Shown piece by piece: positions 37,930 to 48,105 of a stretch of DNA of 64,000 nucleotides. A program made the position numbers and the translations under genes. Position 1 is the stretch's first letter; every line of letters begins with the position of its first letter. This DNA comes from an uncultured Verrucomicrobiae bacterium (GTDB lineage: Bacteria > Verrucomicrobiota > Verrucomicrobiia > Chthoniobacterales > JAFAMB01), in the NCBI GenBank assembly GCA_963762565.1, contig CAVXLD010000003.1, positions 800,001-864,000 on the forward strand, read 5' to 3'. The notes beneath the pieces are model-generated. The model saw only the letters and a list, made by a program, of their open reading frames with translations, did no database searches and was not told where the DNA came from.

Positions 37930-38036
37930 CTATTCCTCGATCAGAGCGCTCTCAAAGATCGATCTCGAACCAAATCCTGGGTGATCGGGGCGCCAGAGGC
38001 ACCAGCGGTTTCATCCTCGTCTTCGACCTGGGTAGG
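37930..38036. repeat. Imperfect ~100-bp direct repeat, copy 1 (copy 2 at 38820-38925)
   Basis: Both copies begin CTATTCCTCGATCAGAGC..TCAAAGATCGATCTCGAA. Confidence 0.85.
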
Positions 38037-38255
38037 AAGGAACGCCGGGCCCGTGACCTCGTCGCTATCCTCTTCCTTAAGAAGCTAGCAGACACGGTTA
38101 ATGAACTATAATTCCATGGACGGCTCACCTTCAGCCTCGTAGTGTCAAAATAGCAAAAATACTTTCTGATTAATAGTGAGAGCGCATCGAAAAGCAATCT
38201 CAGGCCGGTGCAACTAGCTCTATCTTACTGGAAACTGAATTTAACGAAGAAAAAT

Positions 38256-38813
38256 ATGAACTCTGATCTTCTTCTCGGTTCGGTGAGAAAGGCAAGTGGT
38301 TGGTCAACGGTTTGGGGGGTACTCATGGTGATTTGTGGCCTCCTAGCCATTACTCTTCCGTTGGCCACATCTACTGGCATTGTAATTTTACTCGCCTGGC
38401 TGATTCTGTTCGCAGCCGTAGCCCATTTGATATTTGCTTTTCATTCGCACAGCATTGGCGGGTTTCTGTGGAAGGTCCTGCTCGCGGTCCTGTACGGATT
38501 CGCGGGTTTCTTTTTGCTAGCGAACCCAATAGCCGGCGTCGCTTATCTCACCCTTCTCCTCGGCGCCTTCCTCCTGGTCGAAGGCATTATCGAAATTGTC
38601 CTTTACTTTCACATCCGCAAAATCGCTCATGCCGGCTGGGTGCTCTTCGACGGTATCCTAACTCTTCTGCTAGGCTTCTTCATATGGGCCCACTGGCCGT
38701 CAAGCTCGGCCTGGGTAATCGGGACGTTGGTTGGCATCAGCCTGATCTTCAGCGGTATTTCCAGATTCATGCTTTCGTTAGCGATCCGTCGCCACATGGC
38801 GACTAACAGCTAA
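38256..38813 (+). CDS. HdeD family (DUF308) membrane protein
   Basis: Two DUF308 halves; WPSSSAWVIGTLVGISLIFSG. Confidence 0.85.
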   Translation: MNSDLLLGSVRKASGWSTVWGVLMVICGLLAITLPLATSTGIVILLAWLILFAAVAHLIFAFHSHSIGGFLWKVLLAVLYGFAGFFLLANPIAGVAYLTLLLGAFLLVEGIIEIVLYFHIRKIAHAGWVLFDGILTLLLGFFIWAHWPSSSAWVIGTLVGISLIFSGISRFMLSLAIRRHMATNS

Positions 38814-38819
38814 TAAGTT

Positions 38820-38925
38820 CTATTCCTCGATCAGAGCACCCTCAAAGATCGATCTCGAATCAAACCCTGAGTGATCGGGCCGCCAAAGACACCATCGGTC
38901 TTCATCCTGTTCTTCAATTGCTAGG
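38820..38925. repeat. Imperfect direct repeat, copy 2
   Basis: Aligns by eye with 37930-38036. Confidence 0.85.
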
Positions 38926-39055
38926 TGAATCAGTAGGTGAGTTCTGCGTTCCTCCCGCCTCCGGCAAGCCTTCGGCGCGGCAGGCTGTCTTCGACCTGGT
39001 AGGGAGTTGCAATCTTTCATCAACAACATTACCTCCTTTGGTGGGGCTCTTTACC

Positions 39056-39664
39056 ATGTTCCTTGGAGTTACTTTTCTGGCCGCTTTGACGCCCGGTTTA
39101 GCGGTTATGCTGGTAACCTCGTACTCGTTAGACCGCGGGCTCGGTCGGGCTTGGCAGGCAACCTTGGGGATCGAAGTTGGGAACGCGGTTTTCGTGCTCG
39201 CCTCAGCCACCGGTCTTACCGCTCTGCTAATGGCGTGTGCTCCGCTGTTTACAGTGGTGCGGTGGTGCGGTGTGGTTTATCTCATCTTCCTCGGGGCTAT
39301 GCTGCTGATTTCGGCGTTCCGATCGACAGCTGTCGCGGCGAAAATGCCCCAGACAAAAAGTCTCCATCCAATAGCGCAAGGGCTTACGACACAGCTAGGT
39401 AACCCGAAAGCATTACTCTACTGGACTGCATTGTTTCCGCAATTCATCGACCGGACCCATCCGCCGTTTGCGCAATTTCTGGTCTTCGGAATCGTCACAA
39501 TCTGCGTCGAAACTGTCGTTCTGACCGGTTACGCATTCGCGGCCGCTTCACTCCGTCGCGCGGTGTCTCGGCAGCTTTTTATGCAACGGCTGCTCAAGGG
39601 CGTTACGGGATGTTTCTTTATTCTGACCGGCCTGCTGCTCGGCCGGAGAACAGCAAACGCGTAA
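39056..39664 (+). CDS. LysE/RhtB family translocator
   Basis: ALTPG, G..YLIFLG, GLTTQLGNPKALLY, ALFPQFID; start may be a few codons upstream. Confidence 0.85.
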   Translation: MFLGVTFLAALTPGLAVMLVTSYSLDRGLGRAWQATLGIEVGNAVFVLASATGLTALLMACAPLFTVVRWCGVVYLIFLGAMLLISAFRSTAVAAKMPQTKSLHPIAQGLTTQLGNPKALLYWTALFPQFIDRTHPPFAQFLVFGIVTICVETVVLTGYAFAAASLRRAVSRQLFMQRLLKGVTGCFFILTGLLLGRRTANA

Positions 39665-39825
39665 CGTCGTCGGGAGACAAATCCTCGTGCCTCTCGCCTC
39701 TCACTATGAGGCACCATAGACGTGATAGGCCGAACATGAACCCGCTGCGATAGACGGACTGAACTGCAAGCTCACACTCATCCGGGCTGCTTTCTTTACA
39801 AGCTTTGAATGGAATCGCTCACCAT

Positions 39826-40467
39826 TCAAGCACCTCGGTTACTTGCCAGGATATATGCGCGGCGAGTCTGAGCTTCGATTTCGGGATAAGGATCTCGTTC
39901 GACAATTTTTTCCACCTCGAATCCGGCGGATCGCAGGGCGTCAGTTACGTCCTCGGTGCGAAAGAAATGAAAATCGATCGATACGGCCTGCCCCCATAAT
40001 TCTACGAAATGGACGACCTTGTCTCCAACATGGAACGCTAGCAACAAAATGCCGTCTGGTTGAAGAACTCGTCTCATCTCGGAAAAGATAAGCAGGTGCT
40101 CACCAGAAGGAACGTGAATGATAGAATAGAACGCGACGATACCCGCCCAAGTCGCATCGGGAGTGTCCAGCGCAAACATGTTGCCCTGCTCAAACTCTAT
40201 GCCCGGATTCAACCGGCGGGCTTGGTCGACCATGCCGGGCGCTAAATCGATACCGCAAACCTGAACTCCTTGTTCCCAGAGATAACGAGCGACATGTCCT
40301 GGGCCGCAACCCAGATCGCACACGGCACCCTTTACTCGTGCCGCAAATTCATTCAGCTGTTGCTGATCGAGCGGCTTATGCTGCAATTCCTCGTAAATTC
40401 GACGAACGTACTCGCCGGCCAAACGATCATAGCTGTCCCGTGTGTTCTTCGTTATTTCGTTGTGCAT
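39826..40467 (-). CDS. Class I SAM-dependent methyltransferase
   Basis: VCDLGCGPG, GIDLAPGM, FYSIIH, RVLQPDG. Confidence 0.9.
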   Translation of the reverse strand: MHNEITKNTRDSYDRLAGEYVRRIYEELQHKPLDQQQLNEFAARVKGAVCDLGCGPGHVARYLWEQGVQVCGIDLAPGMVDQARRLNPGIEFEQGNMFALDTPDATWAGIVAFYSIIHVPSGEHLLIFSEMRRVLQPDGILLLAFHVGDKVVHFVELWGQAVSIDFHFFRTEDVTDALRSAGFEVEKIVERDPYPEIEAQTRRAYILASNRGA

Positions 40468-40716
40468 AGGAGTTGATCCGATGTCGGGGATAGGGTCGTG
40501 GTTTGAGAAATTTGAATCGCCAGGATAAAATCATATAAACATATCTTGATATTACAATATGTATATTGGCTAATGACGGCGATATCCTTCCAGATGGGGT
40601 GCGCACACGAAACGGAAATTTAAGTACGGTAAGGAGCTCTCTCCCTCGTGGACTGGAGGGCGAATGCACTCACCAGGAACATGGTCGAACTACCGGGACG
40701 TCTGGCCGGGATTTTT

Positions 40717-42148
40717 TCATGCCGCAATTGGAGCAAGTTGATAGCCCATCTGGCGAGCGGAGGCCTTGAGGCGTTTTAGTTGGCGCTGCTCATTGAGTTT
40801 TTCTTCGTAAGCAAAAACGCTGTGATCAAAGGGCCATTGTCGGGAGATCAGGGTCCAAATGATTCTGGCCAGTTGATGAGCCATGGCCACGATGGCCTTG
40901 GGAGCTCCAAGTCTGGTGCGTAAACGTCGGTATTTTTGGCCTAAGTAGCTTTTGTCATGGTGTAAAGAGGAAGCTGCCATGCGCAAGGCATATCGGACTC
41001 GGTTCTGACTGCGGCGAGTACGGCGACGCAATACTTTGCCAGCGCTGGTTTCATTGTCCGGGCACAGACAGAGCCAGGAGGCAAAATGGTGCTCGGTTTT
41101 GAAGGCACTCAAAATCGTTGCCTAACTCTGTCATGAGGGTCAATCCGGTCAGAACGCTAACGCCAGGTATGGCCGTGAGATCCACGCTAAAGAAGCGCTC
41201 CAGCTCCTCTTTCCAGGGGCCCTGAGGTTGATTCTTGCTAGTTTTCTTGCGCACCTTGGGTGGCTTTTGGACTGGCATTTTACTATCCGGCTCGGTGCCG
41301 AGTAATTCGGGCCTTAAGCGCATCGTTTTAGCCGCTTGGATCAACCGAGTGGCTGCTTCCAACTTACGGGCGTAAGCTAAAAGCTCCTGATCACATTGGT
41401 GGATCTGGTGCTGGAGCTGGTGGTAGCTCTCCCAAGCCTTTTGTAGTACGAAGAGATGCTCTTTTCGCCAGTCGCCTTCCAAGGCTTTGGCGATGGTCGA
41501 TTCGGGTGCCTTGATGCGTTTATCGCGCAATTTGGCTAATTGTACTGGATCTCTTTGGCCCTTTAAAATGGCTTCAATGATGGCTTGGCCAGTCAGTCCG
41601 GTTAGGTCGTCAATGACGTAATGAAGCTTGATATTCATTTGATCCAGAGCTGCCTGCATATGCTGGATGTACTGCCCTGCCCTAGTGATGAGCTCTTGGC
41701 GATAGCGCCAAATCGAGCGAGCGGCGCAAACGGCTTGAGCCGGACGAAACGAGCCTCGGAGCAAACCGACGCTGAGCAGATACTGTAACCATTGGCAATC
41801 CCGCACATCGCTTTTGCGACTCGGAACGTTTTTGACATGCCGTGCATTGACCAGGCAGACCTTGATCTTGGCATCCTCCAATAACTGATAAAGGGGGATC
41901 CAGTATACTCCTGTGGCTTCCATGGCCACGGTACGCACTCCGCATTGAACCAACCACTGTACCAGCTCGAGCAAGTCTTTGGTGAAGGCTTCAAACTTGC
42001 GCACTGAGTTTTGCGCTCGCTGCGGGGGAACCGCCACCCAGATCTCGGTAGGTGACAGATCAATGCCGCCGGCATCCGGATTAGGTTCGTGAATAGCTTT
42101 ACTGCCTTCGGACTTGGTTTTTGGCTTTGCTCCTTTATTCTTTTTCAT
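40717..42148 (-). pseudogene. IS110 family transposase/recombinase, split by a +1 frameshift at ~41112
   Basis: DEDD RuvC-like motifs GGIDLS, AMEATG, KSDVRD; C-terminal SWLCLCPDNETSAGK and AHQLARII in the second frame; removing one T from GATTTTG gives NDLSAFK. Confidence 0.9.
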
Positions 42149-42390
42149 TGTTGGAATGCCAACGAAGGAGGCTTGGCTCAGACGGCGAAAGATTGAGACA
42201 CTCTCACCAACGGGGTCTTGGGGAACACTTCGGTGCTCCCCCGCCACCAATGAATTGATCGCAGCGTCTGATTCCATGCTCGTGATCGGGCTTAGCTACT
42301 ACTAAGCTCCACTGTGGCTTCGGATTACTTGCCAAGCCTCCTCGTTGGTGCGCTTGCCTTACCAGGCCAAAAGCGCGGCTGCACCACAAA
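42149..42390 (-). ncRNA. Candidate IS110 bridge RNA / structured left-end leader
   Basis: Non-coding leader with a long closing stem (42331-42348 with 42159-42177) and several internal hairpins; lies where IS110 bridge RNAs are encoded. Confidence 0.55.
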
Positions 42391-42709
42391 TCGAATGTTC
42401 CTTCTGGAGAATTGCACCCGCGCAGCGGGTTGAAGGTGCTCGTGAGGAACGCTCAACCTCCGTCACCAAGCAGTTGGTCTTCCAGTACCGGTTTTGCCGT
42501 AAAACGAGCTGTAATCGAGTTCTGGAGCGTTTTCTTTTAGTCGAATGATCCGTGGAAGGTCTAAGCGTACGATTTTTTCCGTTTCGTGTGCGGACCCCTT
42601 TTACTGACTACTGATCACTGTCTTACTGAATACCGCTTACTGCTCACTGCTTACTGCTTACTCCCGTGGCCCCATCGATCGGCTAGTACGTCCCCATTTT
42701 ACGCCACGC

Positions 42710-45433
42710 CTACCCCGTGGTCCTTAGCCCGCTAGCGATCGCATTTATCGAGACCATGACCTCCGCGAATAGGCGATCCCCGTCTGCATTCGCGCCCGCA
42801 GCTATCGCTTGCCGCCAGGTTCGAAGCAGGCCGACCTGTTGCACATGAAGAGCCCGAAGACCATCCGCACGGATCTGAAGAGTCTTAGTAAAGCGGGGCC
42901 GGCGATCGGCCGAAGCGCCGCCTAGCACCTCAGAAAGCAGGTTATAGGTCAAATCAAATTCTTCTTTAATTAAAGTATAAACATGTTTAATGCCCTCATC
43001 ATCAGGACATAACGATGCATACATTTCCATGAGAGATGCTGATGCACTGCAAATATTGGTCTCCGCATTTGTCAGCACAAACCGTAAAAAAGACGAGCTT
43101 CTCCCTAGCTCCAACAGCAGTTTCCGCTTGCTCACACCCTGTTCAAGCGCTTGTAACGCTGTCCCGATTCCAAACCAACCAGGGAGGTAGTACCGCGATT
43201 GCGTCCAGCTGAAGACCCAAGGAATAGCGCGCAGATCGGCTAGCGTGTGTTGCCCCGTTCGCCGGCTTGGGCGTGAGCCAATGCTGCTCAGTTCCAACGC
43301 GTCAATCGGGGTCGCACTCCGGAAAAAGTCGATAAACTTCGGATGATTCAGCAGGTCGCGATAGGCGTTCCGGCTCACCTCCGAGAGTTCGGAGGCGATC
43401 TCGCCGGTTCGATCCAAAGGCTCCGCTTGGTTCTTTTGTCGCAGGGTTATCCCGCTGACACCAGCCAGCAGAATCTCGAGGTTGTAGGCTGCTGTGATCC
43501 GGTTCGCGTATTTCTGCGCAATGGTCTCGCCTTGTTCGGTTAAACGGACGTCGCCTCTGATGGTTTTGTGCGGGAGCGCTTCCAGGAACCGGTGGGTGGG
43601 GCCTGCACCTCGGCTGATCGTGCCGCCGCGCCCGTGGAAATAGCGGACTTGAATCCCGCAATGATCTGCCACTTTGGTGATCTCTTTCTGAGCACAGTGC
43701 AGCGCCCATTGGCTGGTGAAAATCCCGGAGTCTTTATTGCTGTCGCTATAGCCCAGCATGATCTGCTGCACCGGATATTCGCTGCCCCGAATCTCAGCTT
43801 GCAGGTCCACACTTCGCCGGACGAACGGATGCTGCAGATATTCTGTCACGATGGCAGGAGCGGCCTCCAGATCTTCAATCGTTTCGAACAGCGGAACGAC
43901 ATGGATCTCGGACGCCGGCCCGTCGGGGGTTTCGCGCCAGAGACCGACCTCGCGAACGAAAAGATAGACCACAAAAAGATCCGCGACCCCTCGGGTCATG
44001 CTGACGATCAGTGAACCAATGCCGCGTAGCCCAAACCGGTCCCGATACTCTTTGAGTACGCGATAACAACTCAGGACGGCGTCTGCCTCCGGTCCAATAG
44101 ACACGTCGGGCGCCAGGAAAGGTCGACGCGAATTCAACTCGGCCAGGAGCAGGGGAAGCCGTTCCTGTTGTGTGTGTTCGGCATACGGTTTCGGCAGGAC
44201 GATGCCGGCCGCCGCTAACAGCTGCGCAATCGCTTGATCATGAAACTGGCTGTTTTGCCGGATATCCAAAACCGCGCCATGAAACCCGAAAACGTCCACA
44301 ATCCGGATGACCGGCCAAACCTCGGTGCGGGCGATACGGGTCGCGCCGACCGCATCTAAGGCTGTGCTCAGCAAAAACAGGTCATTTCTAAGCTCGTTGG
44401 TGGAGCGATAACCTTGATCCTGAAGCGTTTGCTGAACTTTTTTCTGAATTAAAAATGCGAACTGGCGCCACGGTTCTTCGCGATACAGCACGCGCTCAAT
44501 CCCGATCGAAGTTTCTTTTGTAAGCCGTTCGATGCCTTCAACTAGAGTAGGGGGAGCTACTTGATCGTTGCCGGACAGAGTCAATTGTTCCACCACCCGG
44601 TTCATCGCGCTGATCAAGGTCGCTAGCGCCGCCTCGCGCAGTTCGAAAAATGTCTCCCGGGTAACTTGGGCTGTCACCAGCGGATGCCCGTCGCGGTCAC
44701 CGCCAACCCAGGTACCGAACCGGATCCGGGGAAAATGGTCCGGCGAATTTAACGCCTCCAGACTAAACCCCGCTTCTGACCAGGATTGCCGCAGGCGAAG
44801 ATCCACGTCCCGAAGGACGATGGGGAAAACATCCCGCAAATAATGCAACACATTCCGGCGTTCCTCGGCCACGATTGGCTTCGTCCGATGAACCTCTCCG
44901 GTACGCCAAAGACGTTCCAGGGTGACCTTGATTTCATCCCGAATCGCCACCTGTTCGTGCGGGGTGTACATCTGGTTTTCCCGCTGAACCAGAAGATAAT
45001 AGAGGGCCCGGTGCTGATCCAAGACCGCGAGCCGTTTGGCCTCGGTCGGGTGAGCAGTCAGCACCGGTTCAACCCGGGTCGATGCCAACTGAGCGGCAAT
45101 GGCGGATTCGCTGATCCCGGCTTCCTTTAAGCGCTCTAATTGATCCGCCCAAAGGCCCGGCTCGCTGGCTAAACCTAAATCCGACTCGCGCGACCGCCGT
45201 ACCTGCGCGGCTACATTCTCCTCAACCATATTCAGAAGCTGAAACGCGATGGAATAGGTTTGAGAAAGCCGCGGGTTCGGTTCCGACGAAACCTTAACCT
45301 GGCTGATCCATGGCAACGACTGCGCCAGCTCGATTTCGCCGAGTTCCTCGAGCACCTCGCGAAAGCAGTGCATCAAGAAGGAGAGGTCGTCGTAAATTTT
45401 CTCGAACCCTTTTGAAAGATAATCCGGTTTCAT
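42710..45433 (-). CDS. ppc: Phosphoenolpyruvate carboxylase
   Basis: VLTAHPTE, GTWVGGDRDGHP, VVPLFET, IMLGYSDSNKDSG, FHGRGG, LRAIPWVFSWTQSR, C-terminal GLRTTG. Confidence 0.97.
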   Translation of the reverse strand: MKPDYLSKGFEKIYDDLSFLMHCFREVLEELGEIELAQSLPWISQVKVSSEPNPRLSQTYSIAFQLLNMVEENVAAQVRRSRESDLGLASEPGLWADQLERLKEAGISESAIAAQLASTRVEPVLTAHPTEAKRLAVLDQHRALYYLLVQRENQMYTPHEQVAIRDEIKVTLERLWRTGEVHRTKPIVAEERRNVLHYLRDVFPIVLRDVDLRLRQSWSEAGFSLEALNSPDHFPRIRFGTWVGGDRDGHPLVTAQVTRETFFELREAALATLISAMNRVVEQLTLSGNDQVAPPTLVEGIERLTKETSIGIERVLYREEPWRQFAFLIQKKVQQTLQDQGYRSTNELRNDLFLLSTALDAVGATRIARTEVWPVIRIVDVFGFHGAVLDIRQNSQFHDQAIAQLLAAAGIVLPKPYAEHTQQERLPLLLAELNSRRPFLAPDVSIGPEADAVLSCYRVLKEYRDRFGLRGIGSLIVSMTRGVADLFVVYLFVREVGLWRETPDGPASEIHVVPLFETIEDLEAAPAIVTEYLQHPFVRRSVDLQAEIRGSEYPVQQIMLGYSDSNKDSGIFTSQWALHCAQKEITKVADHCGIQVRYFHGRGGTISRGAGPTHRFLEALPHKTIRGDVRLTEQGETIAQKYANRITAAYNLEILLAGVSGITLRQKNQAEPLDRTGEIASELSEVSRNAYRDLLNHPKFIDFFRSATPIDALELSSIGSRPSRRTGQHTLADLRAIPWVFSWTQSRYYLPGWFGIGTALQALEQGVSKRKLLLELGRSSSFLRFVLTNAETNICSASASLMEMYASLCPDDEGIKHVYTLIKEEFDLTYNLLSEVLGGASADRRPRFTKTLQIRADGLRALHVQQVGLLRTWRQAIAAGANADGDRLFAEVMVSINAIASGLRTTG

Positions 45434-46096
45434 TAGCGCCCGGAACCCATATCTCGTTGAGCACGGGAGGCTGTCAATAAGTTCAGCGCGGAAGAGTGGC
45501 TCATGACGGGAAATTCCAAGAGTTCACAAGTTATTCACAACCCTGGAAGGCATTGGATTTGTTGCCTATATCTATAACATCATACAATATATGTCATATA
45601 AAATAGAAAGGTGCGTGGCCGTTACCGTGGGTTTCCATGGCCTCAAACCCCTCCAGCTCCCACGATCGCTCCAATCGTCCTCGTCCTCGAGAAGGCGCGA
45701 TCCCCGATCCCGGAGCTACGACCCATCGCCCGTGACCACTGGTGATTGATTGGCGCAAAATTGTGTACTGCCGCCGAAATGCCCTGCTGTCAGTATACTC
45801 GGAGAGCTTAAAAACCCCGCTCTAAGCCGATTTTGGAGATTCCGGCTCCAATAAACTCGCTGCTACTGCTCCGACAGTCACGCGGCCTGCTTTTTGACAC
45901 ATGATTGTGTACTCCTCCGGCCCGGCAAGCTCTCGTCGCTCGTAGAAAAAGGGTCTCACGCCACCGGGGTTCGAAAAAGAACGCGGGTTTACTCACCAAC
46001 GGATAGGCGGAGGCGATTCCCCTTCCCTTCAAGTAATTCTCAGCTCCCACACAGATTTAGCGGATCAGCATTTGACGCCCAGGCGGTAACTCAACC

Positions 46097-46180
46097 TACG
46101 GGCGGCTCGCGGCGCTGAAGATGAGATACGATCCGGCGAAGCTCTTCCGGGTCAAGCAGAACATCAGGCCCGGCGCGTGA
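46097..46180 (+). pseudogene. C-terminal remnant of FAD-linked oxidoreductase (BBE domain)
   Basis: YGRLAALKMRYDPAKLFRVKQNIRPGA* with no upstream gene body. Confidence 0.7.
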
Positions 46181-46402
46181 CGCGGCGGGGATTCGTCGAG
46201 ATGCCCGGCATCGGGGCGGAGAAGATCGCCACGATCCCTCTGTGATGGTGTGCGATGTCTTCACCCAGTCTTGCAGTGGCCAAAATTCGTTCTACCGTAT
46301 CGGCGGTCCGTCTGCGGAGTTGGAACAAGCCAGTATTGGAGACCAGTTAGCGGGGCACAGATCGGGTTTATGCAACCGAGATGGAGGGGTTGAAGTACTT
46401 CG

Positions 46403-48022
46403 TTGGAGCGATCTGTGACAGACATATTTATCAGTTATTCAAAGAAGGGCCATTCTCAGGCCGAGCAGCTTGCCCACGAGCTGCAGGCCAAGGGCTTTAG
46501 CGTTTGGTATGACACGAGTCTGGTGCCGGGCGATAGCTTCCGGGACGTGATCATGTCCGAGCTTGCACAGGCCAAGGCGGCAATCGTCATTTGGGATCAG
46601 AGCTCGGTAAAGTCCGATTGGGTCTGCTCCGAGGCCAGCCGAGCTCGCGCGCGTCGAATTCTAATCCCCGTCCGCGCCGAGGATGTGAGCTCAAACGATA
46701 TTCCTCCACCGTTTGACTGCCTGCACACCGAGTTAGTGTCCAATGGCACGGCAATCGAGGTAGCCTTGGCCAAGCTTGGCGTCCTGCCGATGCCAAGGAA
46801 CCTTCAACTTCCAGCCGACTTTGCTGACACCAGAGCAGTTGCTGTTTTACCGTTCGATAATCTGAGCAGCGATCCTGGAGAGGGCTACTTCGTCGATGGA
46901 CTTACCGAGGACATAATAACCGCGCTCGCATATTGGCGCTGGTTCCCGGTAGTGGCACGTAATTCAACCTTTGCCTACAAAGGCAAGCCCAAGAACGCCA
47001 AGGAGATAGGGCGCGAGCTGGGAGCGGCCTATTTGGTCGAAGGCAGCGCACGGCGTTCCGAAGATCAGTTCCGCATCACGGTCCAGCTGATCGAGACGGC
47101 TACAGGTCACCACCTGTTTGCTGAGCGCTACAATCGTGCAATGGCTGACGTCTTTCTCGTGCAGGAGGAGATCACTGAACGAATCGTGGCCAGCATCGAG
47201 CCGGAGATCCATCGCGCGGAGACGCGCCGCGTAGCGCGCAAGCATCCCTCTGATCTTGGCGCCTGGGATCATGCTCTCAAGGCTTTGTCCCTGCAGGAGC
47301 GAATGACTCCGGCCTGCCATGAAGAGGCCCGCGAGCAGCTGAAACTTGCGCTGGATCTCGACCCATCCTCCGCACGCGCATGGTCGCTGTTGTCGCTGTG
47401 CCATTATCATGAAGGCATCCTGGGCTGGGTCACTCCTCGCGGCGATGCGTTACGGGCTTCGCTCGAGGCAGCGGAACAGGCGGTCGCGTGCGACGACCGC
47501 GAGTGGCTGGCGCAAGGGTTGTGGGGCATGGGGCGGATGTGGATGGAGCGCGATTTCTCGTCCGCTCTCGATGGGACGGAGCGCGCCGTCACGCTCAATC
47601 CGAGCGCCCCCCTTGCGAGACACTTGCTCGCCTGCATCCTCGAATTCTCTGGTCGCCCAGCGGAGGCACTGCCTCATCTCGAAGCGATTCTTCGCCTCGA
47701 CCCGCGTTATCGTTTCCGTTCGCTGGCCCTTGCCGATCAGAGTTTGTGCCATCTGCTGCTAGGCAACTATGACGAGGCCATCTCGCTCGCCGACAAGGCG
47801 GTGCGCGCACAACCTGCCAACGTCCGAGCGCGCCAACGCCTGGTCGCCGCACTGAACCTGCAGGGACAGACCGACAACGCCCGGGCGGCCGCCGTCGAGC
47901 TGTCACGGCTGCAGGCTACCCTCGATGTCGCCTATATCGACGACACCTATCCGTTCTTACTGCCGCATGAACGCGACCTGTTCCTTGACGCGCTGCGGGC
48001 GTCAGGCCTGCTCCAGACGTGA
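46403..48022 (+). CDS. TIR domain - TolB-like - TPR protein
   Basis: DIFISYS and SDWVCSEA (TIR); AVLPFDNLS..YFVDGLTEDII and YLVEGS (TolB-like); TPR repeats; start TTG 46403 or GTG 46415. Confidence 0.9.
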   Translation: MERSVTDIFISYSKKGHSQAEQLAHELQAKGFSVWYDTSLVPGDSFRDVIMSELAQAKAAIVIWDQSSVKSDWVCSEASRARARRILIPVRAEDVSSNDIPPPFDCLHTELVSNGTAIEVALAKLGVLPMPRNLQLPADFADTRAVAVLPFDNLSSDPGEGYFVDGLTEDIITALAYWRWFPVVARNSTFAYKGKPKNAKEIGRELGAAYLVEGSARRSEDQFRITVQLIETATGHHLFAERYNRAMADVFLVQEEITERIVASIEPEIHRAETRRVARKHPSDLGAWDHALKALSLQERMTPACHEEAREQLKLALDLDPSSARAWSLLSLCHYHEGILGWVTPRGDALRASLEAAEQAVACDDREWLAQGLWGMGRMWMERDFSSALDGTERAVTLNPSAPLARHLLACILEFSGRPAEALPHLEAILRLDPRYRFRSLALADQSLCHLLLGNYDEAISLADKAVRAQPANVRARQRLVAALNLQGQTDNARAAAVELSRLQATLDVAYIDDTYPFLLPHERDLFLDALRASGLLQT

Positions 48023-48105
48023 GACGCCTACTTCGATCGCTCGACAATTGTGTAGTCTTGAGCACATTTAGCGAGCCGGCTATTGCGGACACATGAGAGG
48101 AACCC

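Larger units (their letters stand above)
40669..42405 (-). mobile_element. IS110-family insertion sequence (~1.74 kb)
   Basis: Transposase plus 8-bp sub-terminal IRs AGGAACAT (40675-40682) and ATGTTCCT (42395-42402), each next to a CT dinucleotide (40669-70, 42404-05); boundaries inferred. Confidence 0.75.

Noticed and set aside
42149..42277. 43-aa N-terminal extension of the IS110 transposase
   Set aside because: Lies in the structured leader; ATG 42148 gives a typical basic N-terminus just before the first catalytic Asp
45790..46080. Possible tRNA/att site at the island edge (GGTTCGAA at ~45968)
   Set aside because: No cloverleaf or acceptor stem can be built and no integrase is nearby
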